DNA of 64,000 bases, taken from the NCBI GenBank assembly GCA_043228905.1, contig JBHGNT010000005.1, forward strand, positions 19,592,001-19,656,000, written 5' to 3'. Under the pieces are notes generated by a model. It saw only the letters and a list, made by a program, of their open reading frames with translations, ran no database searches and was not told where the DNA came from. The first letter of the stretch is position 1; each line of letters begins with the position of its first letter. This DNA is from Azolla caroliniana (taxonomy: Eukaryota > Plantae > Polypodiophyta). The position numbers were made by a program, and so were the translations under genes. Of this stretch, positions 1 through 13,944 are shown piece by piece.

Positions 1-369
1 TTTGAGATGTGACAGGATTGACTTCCTTTTGACAAGGAGCTCGTATGGAGTAAGCTCATGCATTTCATTAGTGGTGCATCGGTTCATGAGATAGATGGCT
101 GTGGATGCCGCATCGACCAAATAGAAGTTCGGCATGTGCTTCTCATGCATCATGGCCCGTGCTACCTCGAGTATGTGCCGATTCTTTCTTTCGGCTACTC
201 CATTTTGTTGGGGGGTGTGTATCGACATCAGAAATCTCTGTGAATGCCTTCACCTTGGAGGTAGGAGATGAATTCATCGAAGAAGTACTCCTTTCCTCCA
301 TCCGATCGTAGGCATCAAATGTGCCGACTGGTTTCTTTTTTGACTTGGCACTTGAGCTTTTGGAAGTGG
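1..369 (-). pseudogene. Ty1/copia integrase core fragment (element D, downstream part)
   Basis: Minus strand reads CLRSDGGKEYF..DEF..CRYTP.QQNGVAERKNRHILEVARAM, with stops and a frameshift. It continues the copia GAG-pre-integrase region that resumes at 17702. Confidence 0.85.
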
Positions 370-3300
370 GAGAGCACTAGGTGGGATGACCCGGTCAAAG
401 AGAAGATTGGCTTTGTCAAGGCCTCGTGCCAGAATTACGAAGTCTTAGTAGAAGACAAATGATCCGGGAAGGGCGGAGGAGCCAGACCTACAAACCGGTA
501 TGAGACCCGGAGTACGCCAAAGAAAAGTGATGCAATCTTGCCCGACCCGCAGGAAAGGTCGAAGCCGACAAGCTTCCGGTTGAGTTCGGAAATAGAGACG
601 ACGGACTTGAGAAAGGTCCTGGAGGAACGAATCCTCGACAACAGGGTGGAGCTGTCATTGAGAGAGGTGTTGGGAATCGCCAAGAAGGAGTTCCATGACT
701 CCATCGTGGACCTAATTAAAAGGAAGCGGCTCTCGACGGAGCCCGAGCCGGAAAGACCCGTAGAAGTAAGTGGTAGATGCGTGTTCGGACAGCCACTACA
801 TAAAATCACATTGGGCCAGAGCAACGACAAAGACCCCAGTTCGGATCGGGGATGCTGAGGAGCCGGTTGTGGCGTTGTTCGATCATGGGCCGGAGATAAA
901 CCTGATTTCGTTGGACTTCTACAAAAAGGGAAAGTGGCTGGTTAACACCAAGCATGGGTGGAAGATACGCGTGGCAACCCGTGCCACGGAGGAACTACGC
1001 GGGGTGTGCTTGAATGTCAAGGTGAAGGTCGGGGATGTCGAGATCGACCAACACTTCTTCGTACAAAGACATCCTCTCACTTGGTGATTCTCGGTGAACC
1101 TTACATCATGACGGCTCGTATAGAGACCAAAGTGCTGGACAACGGTTCGACTTACCTACGGGTAAAGAGCTAGGACCGTAAACACTCCGTCCAATTTATG
1201 ACGGTTTGGCTGAACCACAAGAGGAATCGTGAGACTCTAGGCAACGACAACCAAGAGGATTTTTAGAGAGGGCGATCAAGGCGTGGGGCCATGATAGTCC
1301 GGACACTTCGGAGGAACCCCACATCTGTACAATAGGTAGGAAGTTTTGGCCCTCCGCTAACAGAGGTTGTACCATAACCGGCCATTGCATATGGTGCCCC
1401 AAGCCCCGATGACGAGATTAGTGGCAGCGTGGAGGCAGTCTCATTCGACGACACCCTCAGAGAAATCGGGAGAGTGGTCAAAGATGATCTAAGGGAAGAC
1501 CGAGTGATTCCGGTAAATTCTGTTGAGATGTACAAAGTCATTGTGGACTTCGGGAGGGAGGTCGGGTCGAATCAAACGGCCCGGGTGGATACGAGGTACA
1601 AGACTGTGGACCGGAAGGTGAGGGCGATCGCGACTCCCTTGTTAGAGGGCAGCTGGGAACAAATAAAAAGGGTTGCGACCGACCCGAGTTTACGGGATCT
1701 GGCCGCATAGGGCACCGATTCACCAACAAGATGCTATGGGATCGGTGGGGGTGGCATTCTATTGCCGGTAGAGGAAGACCGGTTTCGGACCATGCTCGGA
1801 AGGCACGGTCAGGCCTTCGCATTCTCGCCAGGGGAGATTGGGTGCGTAGACCCGACTGTAGTAGAACCGATGGTGATCTTCACGGTACCACACGTGCCGT
1901 GGAATCTCAAGCCGATTCTAGTACTGAGGGCTCACATCCCGAAATTGATGGATCTACTGAAGTAGAAAGTGGATATGGGTATCCTTGAACCGTCAAATGC
2001 ACCTTACTCGAACCTGTGGTTTACGGTGCCGAAGAAGAACGGCACATTGTGCTTCATTCAGGACCTGCTACCGGTCAACAAGGTGACCACACGAAACGCA
2101 GGGGTCGGGCCGACGATTGATGAATTTGAAGAGGCCTTCGCGGGAAGGTCGATCTATTCGGTCGGCGATTTATACTCGGGGTACGACCAGTTCTAGCTAG
2201 CCATGGAGAGTACAAATATAATGACAATGCGAACCCCGCTCGGTTTGGTTCGGATGTGTACCCTTCCCCAGGAAGGAACCAACTCAGTGGCACACATGGT
2301 GAATGAAATGAACAAAGTGTTGAGGGATGGCATCCCAGACATCACCATGCTGTTTTTGGATGACATCTAGATTAAGGGGTGTCCGGAGGACGTAAAGGTG
2401 GAGGCCATCTCCGCAATGCAGAAGGAATGCGAGTCGATCATGGAAGTCCGACGATTCCTGGGAGTGTGCGCCTTCTACCACGTCTGGATTCTGCACTACG
2501 CACACATCGCCGAACCGCTCTACGGGTTGTTGAAGAAAGGTCAAAAATTCGAATGGGGCGTAGAGCACACGGAGGCGGTCCAGAGACTGAAGGAAAAGCT
2601 AACGATGGCATCGGCTCTCTAGAGAGCAGTATATAGGGTGAACACTCCGGTTTACGTAACCGTCGACATTAGTCCTACCGGAATTGGATGGGTGATCAAT
2701 CAGGAAGACGAGGACGACATGCGTTTCCCCATCCAGTTCGGTGCGAAAGTGTTGAGTGAGCGGTAGGGAGGATACGCCCAAGTTAAACGTGAACTGTGGG
2801 GTATCGCTTCGGCGGTGAAGGCTGATAAAGACTACTTGATCGGGGTGGAGGTTATAATAGAGATAGACTGCCTATCGATTCTCGGTATGGTTTTCGGATG
2901 CGCGACTCTAGACGTGGCGATGCTTAGGTGGATCGCGTACATCAAGTCCTTGAACTCGGAGATACGACACATCTCTGGAAAGGACAACACCATGGCCGAT
3001 ATGCTTTCGAGAGCACGGTTCGACAATGAGGGTGGCATGGTGTCAGAGGACGAAGAGGTTGGCGTGGATTTCTTTGAGTCGGCCTGACTGAGGGCAAATA
3101 GATACGACAATTTGGCCCTAAACGAGTTTGACGAGAACAACTACGTAGGGGAGTGGCTCCTAATCGGTAGGTTCCTGAGCATGATGGTGTCAGACGCGGT
3201 GTGGACGAAAGACAAAGAGAGCTGGATCTGAAAGAAGGCCTACCGGTTCTTCCTACGAAACGACAAGATATGGCGGCATCCGAAGAAGCGGATTGGCACA

Positions 3301-4480
3301 CTGCTCTAGGTGGTGGCGAAGAAGGACCAATTGATGCCGCTGTTAGAATTTCACGGAAGCCCCTAGTTCGGACACCAAGGAACATGGGCCATGTTCGAGA
3401 AGCTAACGAAGAAGTATTGGTGGTCGAGAAATTATTGTGACGACATGCGCGAGTTGTCAGATGCATTCCGTAGTCCGGCACTGAGACCGTTCACTTCAAC
3501 TGGGCAATCGACCTTGTCATGATGCCTATGGGGGTAGGGCAAATGAGATATCTGGTGCTCGCACGGGAAGATCTGATGAACCAGGTGGAGGGCTGAGCGT
3601 TAACAAACAAAACGACTGCTACGGTATGCCGGTTCTTGGTCGAAGATGTGATTTGTTGGTACGGGTGCATTGGGAAAGTCGTGACTGATCGAGGGGAGTT
3701 GGACATGCAGGAAGTAGAAGAGTTGTTTGGCCGATTGGGGGTCAAACTTTCCCTTACAACGGCGTACAATCTGGAAGCCAACGAGAATGTCGAGCGTGGG
3801 CACGGTCTGATCGTAAAAGCGTTGGTATGAGCGTGTAGAGGACATGTCAGAAACTGGACGAGATTACTGGCTTATGGTTTATGGGCCGACCGAACCACGC
3901 ACAATTCGGTGACCGGGTACATGCCAACTAAGTTGATGTTCAGATAGAAGCCGATCATGCCGGTGGAGAGGACAATTTCTTCGCGGCTGGCGGTTGATTG
4001 GTCGGAGGAGATGAGTTGGGAGGAGCTTCTGGCGGTGGGATTCGACAACTCGAGCGAAGGCCGGAGGACGTAGAACAAGCAAAGGAAAAGTTGCACGTGG
4101 CACGAGAGAAGAACAAGGGCTGGTTTGATCGGACGCATTGACTCAGCCCAAAGAAGATTGAGGAAGGCGATTGGGTGTTGGTCTACGACAATAACCTTGA
4201 CAACTAGCACCGGTCATCCACTAAATTCGCACGACGGTGGTTTGGTCCTTACGTGGTGACAAGCGCGAATGACAATGCAACCCACCACCTAGTGGAGCTC
4301 GACGGAATGAGCATCGCGGTTCCAGTTGCAGGAAAATGGATCAAGGCCTTCAAGAAATGGCACGAAGTGGATCCGGACCTAGAGACCGAGGACGAGGGGG
4401 TGGCGAAACCGAGGAACCGGTGGAGGATATGGCGGTCGATGTGTCGGAGGAGGAAGAGTACTGGTGGATGTGTGTTTTGG
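370..4480 (+). pseudogene. gypsy gag-PR / RT-RNaseH-INT remnants of element A
   Basis: ORF pieces 770-1087, 1762-2196, 2398-2622, 2815-3087, 3636-3830 and 4253-4483 are collinear with element B pol, with many stops and internal deletions. Confidence 0.9.
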
Positions 4481-4815
4481 TGAGGGTGGATGTCGTGGAG
4501 AATTCTGGCTACGAGAGGAAAAGGGGCCGAGTGCGTATATATATAATTATGTACAAACATGTAGATAGTAAGGTTTAGTTTAAGTATTAAAAGGGGTTCT
4601 AGGTAGGTGGTGATGGAGACGTACTTTAAACCCACATGAACGAAGAATAGTATCTAGGAGAGGGAATCGAGGGAAATCACTGTCCAGACGGTTGCCTTAA
4701 TAAATGATGTAACGACCTCTCCCTTGTGCTATAAAGGGGGAGGTTTGAGATTGAAAATGGGATCCAAGTTTAGGAGAAGAGGGTGTTGTTGGTTTGAGTT
4801 TTGAGCCCTCCCTCC

Positions 4816-4849
<34 letters not shown>

Positions 4850-6138
4850 TGCTCGGTTCGAAAAGGAAGCCTCTGTTCGCATAGAAAGCCAGTGAGCTCC
4901 CTGTCGAATACGAGGGTATAATGGCCGTATTCACATTGTCCCTTTGGACAACCCAAGTTTGGGCTATTTCTGTAAATAGCATAAAGGGCAATTGCCCTAG
5001 GATAGTCACTATATAAAGTGACTTTGTAACCTTTAGTTAAGGTTGTTGTTTGTTGTTGTTGGTTGTCATTCTTTGTAACTATTGCTATTGGAATATAACA
5101 TTTGTTTGTGCCTACCTCTCTGTCTGTGTGTGTGTGTGTGTGTCTATCTTGCTTATGCACATACACAGGTTCTTCTTCATCATGAATGTTGCTTGCACTT
5201 CCGCATTGACAGCCTTGTCCCCAACATTTGGTATCAGAGCATTGGAGGTTCTTCAACCCGCTGCCGGCCGTCATAGTACACCACACAACATTCTGCTTTC
5301 GTTTTCTTTGAAGAACAGAGAAGGGAGAAGAAAAACAAAAAGCTCGCATCTCACTGTGCTAAATCACAAATTGGAGTAAGCCAGCCGACTGTACTCTGTT
5401 CCTGTGATTGTAACCGCTTGAGGGGAGCTCCTTGTGCAACAACCGACCCAATTGTGCTTTGTTCGGTTAAACAACATCCAAATAGGTCACCGGACACTAT
5501 TCACCCACTTGCTGTAACCACTTGCTGCAGATTGGTCTCCTGGTAACAACCAAATTCGTGCTTCATTCGGCTGATCGACATTCGGGAGGATCAGTTGGAT
5601 CCGTCCCTCTCATCGTTACAGTCATCCGAAGCAGAATCGTCCCAAACAATCGGTTTCTTGTAATCGGTATTCGGCATACGATCGGAAGCTAACCGGGCTC
5701 ACTTCGACTTGACAACATTCGGGAAGACCAATTGGTTCTGTCCCTCAAGTTACCGGAGTCACTCCGAGCAAGTTCAGCAACAAGTATCCGAAACCAAACT
5801 GACTCGGGTTCAAAACCGACTAGAACGATATCGGGTGAGCCAACCAGCTGCATCCCACTAAGGTTTGCAGTCAATTCCGAACCGATTCTTACCAACCGAA
5901 ACCGAAGTAGATGGCACATTATCCGGCTCATTGGAGATGATTCTAAGGAGGTCCGATGGTTCAAACTTCAACTTCTGGAAGGAACAAATGCAGGACTATC
6001 TCATAGTCAAGGGTCAGATAGACCCGATTGAGAATGAAAATCCTCCAAAAGCATACAAGGCAAACGAGTGGCTAAAGCTGGACAGAATCATTTGCGCCAC
6101 GATTCGGATGCACTTGTCAGAGTCAGTGTACTTCATAG

Positions 6139-6554
6139 TGTTGGGAGACAGGTACCTCCGGATGGGAAGGGAGAAGGATAGTGCTGATGAACAATCTCGG
6201 CCGAGGCCGAAATCGTATGAGGTGTACCCGGCTACGGAGACCCGGATGGTGCAGACCCGGCTACAGAGAGTGAAAGAGGTCGCTGCCTCTATTGTAACCG
6301 CCGGCTGTGGTGAAGATCGTGAGTACGAGGTCGTTGCCTCCGTGAACTCACTATTTTGTACATTCCAACATAGTGATAGTTTGCAGCCTGTGGGCTGCCG
6401 TGGTTTTTTTCCCTCTTTGGGTTTTTTCCACGTAAACATTCTGTGTACCTTTTCTCTCCTTTGTGTCGCGTGCATTTGTTTCCCGTTTTCTGTGTATGAT
6501 CCTAAGCTCGGTTGTGGCCGAGCGTTGTGCATAAGGAGCCTTGTGTTCCCGTCA
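6139..6554 (+). mobile_element. solo LTR, same family as the LTRs of copia L, internally shortened
   Basis: TGTTGGGAG..CCCGTCA flanked by TSD CATAG (6134-6138, 6555-6559). Reverse-complement similar to 28773-29436. Interrupts gag of element C. Confidence 0.92.
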
Positions 6555-8604
6555 CATAGTGCAATCATGCACGACAACTTTTGAACTTTGGAAAACACTG
6601 TCGGAAACTTATGAAACGAAGGTCGCGGGAACGAAGATGTATCTGATCTAGTGCCTCTACAACTTGCAGATGAAAGAATCCGATTCGGTTCAGGCACACC
6701 TCAACGAGTACGAAAGCATAAGCTCCCAAATCTCGTCTCAGGGGACGACAATCGAGGATGAAATCAGAGCAATGATACTCATGAGTAGTCTCCCCTCTTC
6801 ATGGGAAACTTTTGTTACAACCGTGTGCAATGCTTCAACAACTGCTGTTAAGTACTCTAAAGTCACGAGCGCAATCCTGACTGAAGCAGCTTGGAGAAAG
6901 TCTTTCGCCAAAGACTCGGCAGATGAAGCTTACATAGTACAAGGTTCGACCGACCGATTGAACAACCAGGGAAGAAGTTCTTCCCGACCGCCGAACAATC
7001 AGCGAAGCCAGAGCAAGTCCCGGGACAACCGAATCTGCAACTACTGTAAGAAACCTTCCGGGTGGCTCTACACTCGTACTATACAACGTCCGACATGTTC
7101 CTGAGCTTCCAAGACCCTTGATATCAGTCGGACAACTTGACGAAGCCGGCATCCGTGCCGGGTTCTCATTAGGAGGGTGGACACTCCACAAAGGGAACCG
7201 CCTGCTTGCTTGAGGACCAAAGGTACACTCTTTGTACCCTTTATATGTCACACTCAAAGAGGGTGACTTATTTCTGGTTGATATCCCCGTGTCATCGTTA
7301 TGGCACGAACGACTTGGACACCTTAGCAAGGCTGGCATAACGCACCTATCCAGAGCCGGTTACATCCCCAAACTCTCCTTCTCCGATCACCAATTCTGTA
7401 AGCATTGCCAGTACAGCAAACGGGTAGCCGCATCACACTTGACATCAGCACCAAGGGAATTGAGTCCCCTCGATTTGGTCCACTCGGACGTCTGTGGCCC
7501 AATGCCACATCAGTCTCTCGGCGGTGCTTCGTACTTCGTCAGTTTTATTGATGACTCGACTCGGAAGGTGTGGGCTTACCCCATTAGAACCAAAGATCGG
7601 GTGTTCTTGATCTTCTCCGAATGGCTTGCAATGGTCGAAAATCAGACCAGTTGGAAACTGAAATGTCTCCGAACCGACGATGGAGGAGAATTCAAGTCTG
7701 AAGAATTCGTCAAATTCTGTCGGGAACGTGGCATTCGATGTGAATATACGACACCCTATAGTCCGGAGCAGAATGGAATTGCTAAACGCATGAATCAGAT
7801 GATTCAAGAACGCGTAGTATCCATGCTCCAACACTCCGGTGTCGCGTTGCTACGCGCGTGCGTGGAGAACAAGGCGGGACCACTGGGGTCTTGGACCAAG
7901 GAATAGGTGAGGAAGCGAAAGGAGAGAGAGAGAGAGAGACACGCTCACACACGTATAGACAAAGAAGCGTGCGGGAACGCAACCCAACAACACAAGAGAC
8001 ACAAGTTGAGCAGGAGATAGGGTAAAAGGGACGCGTAAATAAATATATGTATGCAGACGACTCGAACGGTTACAACCGATTAGGTCGACGAGACGGGTGC
8101 CGACGCCTGATCACCCACGCACACAGGGGAGCAAGATGGAGATTCTGTCGGAAGCACACGGGCGTTCCACGGAGCAGAATCAGCCTCTCGAGAACCTGCG
8201 CCAAGAAAGCTATGGACAACGATAGAGGAGAAGAGCTCGGTCCCAGTCCGAAAGCACTTCGTCCCCTCTAGCGCGCCATGTCTTCTCTCCTCCGTCTCCC
8301 TCTCTTTTATAGCTCAAGGAGGGAGGCCGTCTTGCCTGTTTACATCACATTAATTCTCTGTCCTTTCGGATAGAGATACTCCTCGATTCTCCCTATAGAA
8401 TATTGCTACCTAGGATCTAATCCTTGCGCCTACCTATCTACTTTACGACAAGGGACATGCCCACGTGTAAGGGCCGGTTCACACACATTATACACGGTTT
8501 GCGCCTGGGGACGGTTTTCTTCACGACATCCGCCCCCACCTAACCGCGCATCCACCGGTATGCGCCAAAATTGGGTTCCTACGAGAGAAAACTGATCCTT
8601 GCTT

Positions 8605-11600
8605 TTATTCCTCGTTTACCGGTTCATCCTCCGCCTCGGGCTGCTCGTCGTTGCTGTCCATGCCTCCTAGCCCCGGCTCCCCGTCGTGCCGTTTCTTGAA
8701 CGCTTTGATCCTCTTCCCCGCTACCGGTATTGCCATTCTCGTATCGTCGAGCTCCGCGAGATGGTACATCCCATTGTCGTTGGCGCCTGTTACTACGTAA
8801 GGCCCGAACCACCTCCTCGCAAACTTCCGCGTGGCCCTGTGCTGATTGTCGAGGCTGCTGTCGTAGACTAGCACCCAGTCGCCTTGCTCGATCTTCCTTG
8901 GCTTGGACCGGTGTGTTCGGTCAAACCGGGCTTTGTTCCTTATCCTCGCTACCCGAAGTTTCTCCGCGGCTCGCTCTACGTCCTCCGGCCTCCGCTCGAG
9001 CTGTCGAATCCGCGCCGCCAACAGTTCCTCTCGGCTCATCTCATCCCTCCAGTCCACCGTGGCCCACGAGGAGATCGTTCGCTTTGTTGGCATGATCGGC
9101 TTCTGTCCGAACATCAGGTCAGCCGGCATGAACCCGGTTACCGAATTGTGTGTAGTCCGGTCTGCCCACAAGGCATAAGGTAGCAGCCGTGGCCAGTCCC
9201 TGACTCGGCCTCCACACGCCTGTACTAGCGCTTTGACAATTGGCCCGTGTCCGCGCTCCACCTTCCCGTTCGCCTCCGGATTGTACGCTGTGGTGAGCGA
9301 AAGTTTGACTCCTAGCCGGTCAAACAGCTCTTTGGCTTCTTCTGCATCCAACTCGCCACGGTCAGCCACGATCTTCCCTACGCACCCATATCGGCATATT
9401 ACGTCCTCAATAAAAAACTGGCATACGACTGCCGTCGTCTTGTTCTGCAGGGCTCGGCCTTAAACCTGGTTCGTTAGATCTTCCCGAGCCAGCACCAGAT
9501 ACCGCATCTGTCCTACCCCCATTGGCATCGTCACCAAATCCACCATCCACTTGAAGTGGATGGTCGGAGGGTAGGTCGGGTAAAGCTCGTCCCGGTGTCA
9601 TTGTTTTCAGGAACCCGCCGATCTGCAGCCACTCCCCGTCGTACTTGCTCTCGTCGAAGTCGTTAAGCGTCGGAGAGCATTCCCTGTTGGTTGTCACGTA
9701 AGCCGCCTCGAAGAAGTCCACGCCGATTTCCTCGTCCTCTGAAACCATGCCGCCGTCGTTTTCGAACCTCGCCCTTGAAAGCATGTCGGCCATGGCGTTG
9801 TCTTTCCCGGAGATGTGTCGTATTTCCGGATTCAGGGACTTGATGTACGCTATCCACCTGAGCATTGCCAGGTCCAGCGTCGCGCATCCGGAAACCATGC
9901 CAAGAATTGGCAGGCAGTCTGTCTGGATAATTACCTCTGCCCCGATCAGGTAGTCTTTATCGGCCTTTACCGCCGAAACGATACCCTAGAGCTCGCGTTT
10001 AACCTGGGCGTATCCTCGTTGTCGCTTGCTGAGGACCTTCGCGCCGAACCGGATCGGGAAACGCATGCCGTCCTCGTCCTCCTGGTTGACGACCCATCCG
10101 ATCCCGGTCGGACTTGTGTCTACCGTTACGTAAATTGGAGTGCTCTTTTCGTAGACAGCCTTTCGGAGTGCCGGAGCCGCGACAAGTGCTTCCTTCATCT
10201 TCCGGACAGACTCCGTATGCTTGTCTTTCCACTCGAATCTTCGCCCCTTTTTCAGCAACCCATATAACGGCTCCGCGACGTGAGCGTAATGTGGGATCCA
10301 TATGTGGTAGAACGCACACGCTCCTAAGAACCTCCGAACCTCCGTGACCGAGCTACAGTCGTCCTTCATCGCGGAGATGGCTTCTACCTTAGCCGGAGAT
10401 AGTTTCCGGCCGTACGACCGGCATTGGTGTCCGACGACCATGATCTCTGCTTGCCCGAAGGCTGATTTTCCCCCGGAGAAGGTGAGCCTCGAGCCCTCCA
10501 ACCTCTGCAGCACCTTCTCGCAGTCATCGATGTGCGTCGCCACGAATTTCCGGCACCCGTCCGGTCCGATCGTCTCATCCCTTTCCTCCACCGGGCATCC
10601 CTTGATCGGGACGTCGTCCAGAAACGACATGGTGATGTCCGGGATACAATCCCTCAGCACCTTGTTCATTGCGTTCACCATGTGAGCCACCGAGTTCGTC
10701 CCTCCTTGCGGTAGGGTACACATCCGTACTAGGCCGATAGGAGTTCGCATTGTCGTGATGTCTCTGCTTTCTATGGCTAGCTGGAACTGATCGTACCCTG
10801 AGTAGAGATCACCGACCGAGTAAATCGACCTTCCGGCGAAGGCCTCTGTGAACTCGTCTATTGTTGGTCCGATCCCTGCGTTTCAAATGGTCACCTTGTT
10901 GACCGGCTGCAGGTCTTGAATAAAGCGCAGCGTGCCGTCCTTCTTCGGCACGGTAAACCACCGATTTGAGTATGGGGCACTCGACGGTTCGAGGATTCCC
11001 ATCTCAACCTTCTGCTTTAATAGCTCCATCAGCTTCGGGATGTGAGCTCTGGGTACTGGAATCGGTTTGAGACTCCACCGCACATGCGGTACCATGAATA
11101 TCACCATCGGTTCCACGACTGTCGGGTCTACACACCCGATCTCCTCCGGTGAGAATGCAAAAGCCTTCCCGTGTCTTCCGAGCATTCCTCGAAAACGGTC
11201 CTCTTCCGCCAGCAGTAGGAAGCCGCCCCCACCGATTTTGAGCTCGCGTAGCGTTATATCGGTGAACGTGTGTCCTATGTGGGCCGGATTTCGTAAACTC
11301 GGGTCCGACACAACCCCCTTTATTCGCAACTCGTTGCCCTCCGGCAAGGGAGCCGCGACTGGCCTCACCTTCCGGTCCACAGTCTTGTACCTCGTGTCCA
11401 CCCGGGCCGTCCGACCCCACTCGAGCCCTCTACTAAAGTCCGCGACGACTTCGTACATCCTTTCCGAACATACCGGAATCGTCCGATCCTCTCTAAGGAC
11501 TCCTCCGACTACCTCTCGCAGCTCCCCCAAGGTATCGTTGAAAGAGACCGCCTCCACGGCTCCGTTGATTTCCTCTCCAAGGCCGAGGACGCCACATGCC

Positions 11601-11788
11601 CGAAGTCGCTCCTCTGCCCTTTTCTTCTTCCGTCCAACAATGTCAACTATCGTACACCCTCCGTTGTCGGAGAACCAAAATTTCGTACTTATAGTACAGG
11701 GTTTCTTCGCTATCATACACTTGTGGGGTTCTCCCGGAGTGTCCGGACTATCGTGGCCCCACGACTTGATAGCCCTCTTCAAAAATCC
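8605..11788 (-). pseudogene. gypsy B ORF2: RT-RNase H-integrase
   Basis: ORFs 10883-11782, 9986-10750 (FLDDVPI, TVDTSPTGIG), 9407-9898 and 8605-9369 (DRGEL, NGKVER, GPY). The integrase zinc-finger region is deleted near 9590. Confidence 0.9.
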
Positions 11789-13905
11789 TCCCGGCTTTCG
11801 CCCCCGAGGGTCTCGCGGTTCCTCTCATGGTTTGGTCTCACCGTCAGGAACTGGACCGAGTGGCGCCCATCCTAGCTCTTGACCCTCGCATAGGTCGAGC
11901 CGTTGTCCAGCACCTTGGTTTCCATCCGTGCTGCCGTGATGTACGGTTCTCCTAGTATAACCGGATGTGAGGACGTCTCCTGCACGAAGAAGTGCTAGTC
12001 AATCTCGACATCGCCGATCTTTACTCGTACATTCAGGCAGGCTCCATGCAGTTCTTCGGTGGCACGTGTCGCTGCCCGTATCTTCCACCCGTGCTTGGTG
12101 TTGATCGGCCATTTCCCATTCTTATAGAAGTCCATGGATATCAAATTGATTTTTGAACCGTGGTCCACCAACGCCACCACCGGTTCATGAACATCTCCGA
12201 TCTTCATGGGGGTCTCCGTGGTCGCTCTGGCCCAGTGCGGCCTCGAATAGTGGCTCTCAACCAACTCGTCTTCCAGCGCCATGTCCTCTATGTGCGTCGT
12301 CCGCACCTCCACCGGTTTCTCCGGTTCTGTCTCCGTCGACAGCCTCTTCCTCTTCACCAAGTCTACGATGGAGTCGTGGAACTCCTTCTTGGCGATCCCG
12401 AGCACTTCCCTCAGCGACAGTTCCACCTTGCTGTCGAGGATTCGTTCTTCTAGGACCTTTCGCAGGTCCGTGGATCTTTCGATTTTTGTGCCCAGCCGGT
12501 ACCCGCCCTTCTTGGGATTATCCTGGGCGCCGGATGCACCGGCCTCATTCTGTCTTTGCCCGAATCGAGTTTCATATCGTTGCGAGGGCCCGGCCCCTCC
12601 GGTTTTCCCTACTCGCTTGTCCTCCACCAGAGCCTCGTAGTTTTGACAAGCGGCTTCGACGAAGCCCGTCTTTTCTTCCACCGGGTCACTCCACCCGGTT
12701 ACCTCCCGGACCCGTTTTTCCGCGCGGTCCACCTCTTCTTTCCTCAGCCATGCGCCGGCGAGGCCTTCCAGCATCGTCGGCCAGAACCCGGCTTTGTTAG
12801 TCTTCGGGGTCTCGCCTCCTCCGACCCGAATACTAGCTGACGCCGAGTAGTGGACGGTCTCCGCGTGACGAGCCGCCGCCTCCTCCATCAGCCTTTTCAT
12901 ACCCTCTCGCCCGACATTCAGGTTTAGGGCCCTTCGGGTCTTGCTGGCGTGCACCCGATCGTTCCACAGGTACACCACGTTGCTTCTCATCGCCTCGGCG
13001 AAGTCCCCGCAGTCCTTTCGGATGTGCCCAACCGCGTCACACCACATGCACCTGTTTTCAGCCAGAGGTCGTCGGTCACGGGCCTGTTCGCCACCATCCC
13101 TCCGTGCCTGGGCGATCTGGAGATCCCTTACCATCCGCGTCAGCTCCTCCAGAGCTGCTCCCCCAGACGAGCCATTGACCATGCCGGTTGAAGCCGACCT
13201 GGTCTCGAGCCAATCTCGGGTCTCACCCCTTCGCGTTGGTGGTGTTGGCTCGAGCTTCCTTGCTGCGACAGAGCTTGCCCCTGTCGATCCTTTGTCAGTC
13301 CATTCCCGCCGTTTGTCGAAACGGCCACAGACCCTTTTCACTACGGCCCAGTCGGCCGTTAGCCCGTCATCAGTCTCCAATAGGAGGCCTACCTGCTCCC
13401 GATCCCGCTCGTCAACCGACTTAACAAACAATAGGACACGACTTGTGTCCAGAACGGTCCGGTCAAGCATCGAGAGGCGCGCGAAGCGTTCCTCAAACTC
13501 CCGAAGGAGCACTGACGCGTTCCTTCCTTTGTCGGGGGTCTCCACCCACTCCATGAAGTCCCGCTTCGAAAGTCGAAGCGCATCTTCAAGCCCGTATCTT
13601 TCGAGGAGCCGACCTTCGAACTCCTCCTAGGTCCGGCTCTCCGCCCGTACCTCGAGCACCTCCGTATGGATACCCGGCATCGCCACTCGAGGGAATCCGG
13701 CTAGACGCCTCTCTTCCGGAATGTCCCTCATTACCATCTCAGCCTGGTAGGACACCAAGTAGCTCGTGGCATCCTTCCCACTAAATCGGCCGATCGTACT
13801 GACAACCGCCTCGATAGCCCTATCAAGGGCGCCAGTGCCTTCGCGAGCACTCACTATACGGTCCACAGTCGAAGCCATGGCTTCTGCGAGGTCTGACCCC
13901 CTCAT
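11779..13905 (-). pseudogene. gypsy B ORF1: Gag (CCHC knuckle) plus aspartic protease
   Basis: ORFs 13627-13905 and 11995-13554 contain CMWCDAVGHIRKDC and ALVDHGSKINLIS. The frame continues through single TAG stops to ..ESREDF* at 11779. Confidence 0.88.
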
Positions 13906-13926
13906 CTTCTACTCCTCTGCCGCCTG

Positions 13927-13944
13927 TTCACGTCGGGTTCACCA
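13927..13944 (-). promoter_or_regulatory. primer-binding site complementary to the tRNA-Trp 3' end (also at 48277-48294 and 62813-62830)
   Basis: Element-sense TGGTGAACCCGACGTGAA a few nt inside the 5' LTR. It matches the plant cytosolic tRNA-Trp end ..TTCACGTCGGGTTCA-CCA as I recall it. Confidence 0.8.

Noticed and set aside
5865-6697. 239-aa and 227-aa ORFs
   Set aside because: Chance read-through between copia gag and the solo LTR at 6139-6554.
11067-13630. long plus-strand ORFs opposite gypsy B gag/pol
   Set aside because: Antisense shadows of GC-rich coding sequence.
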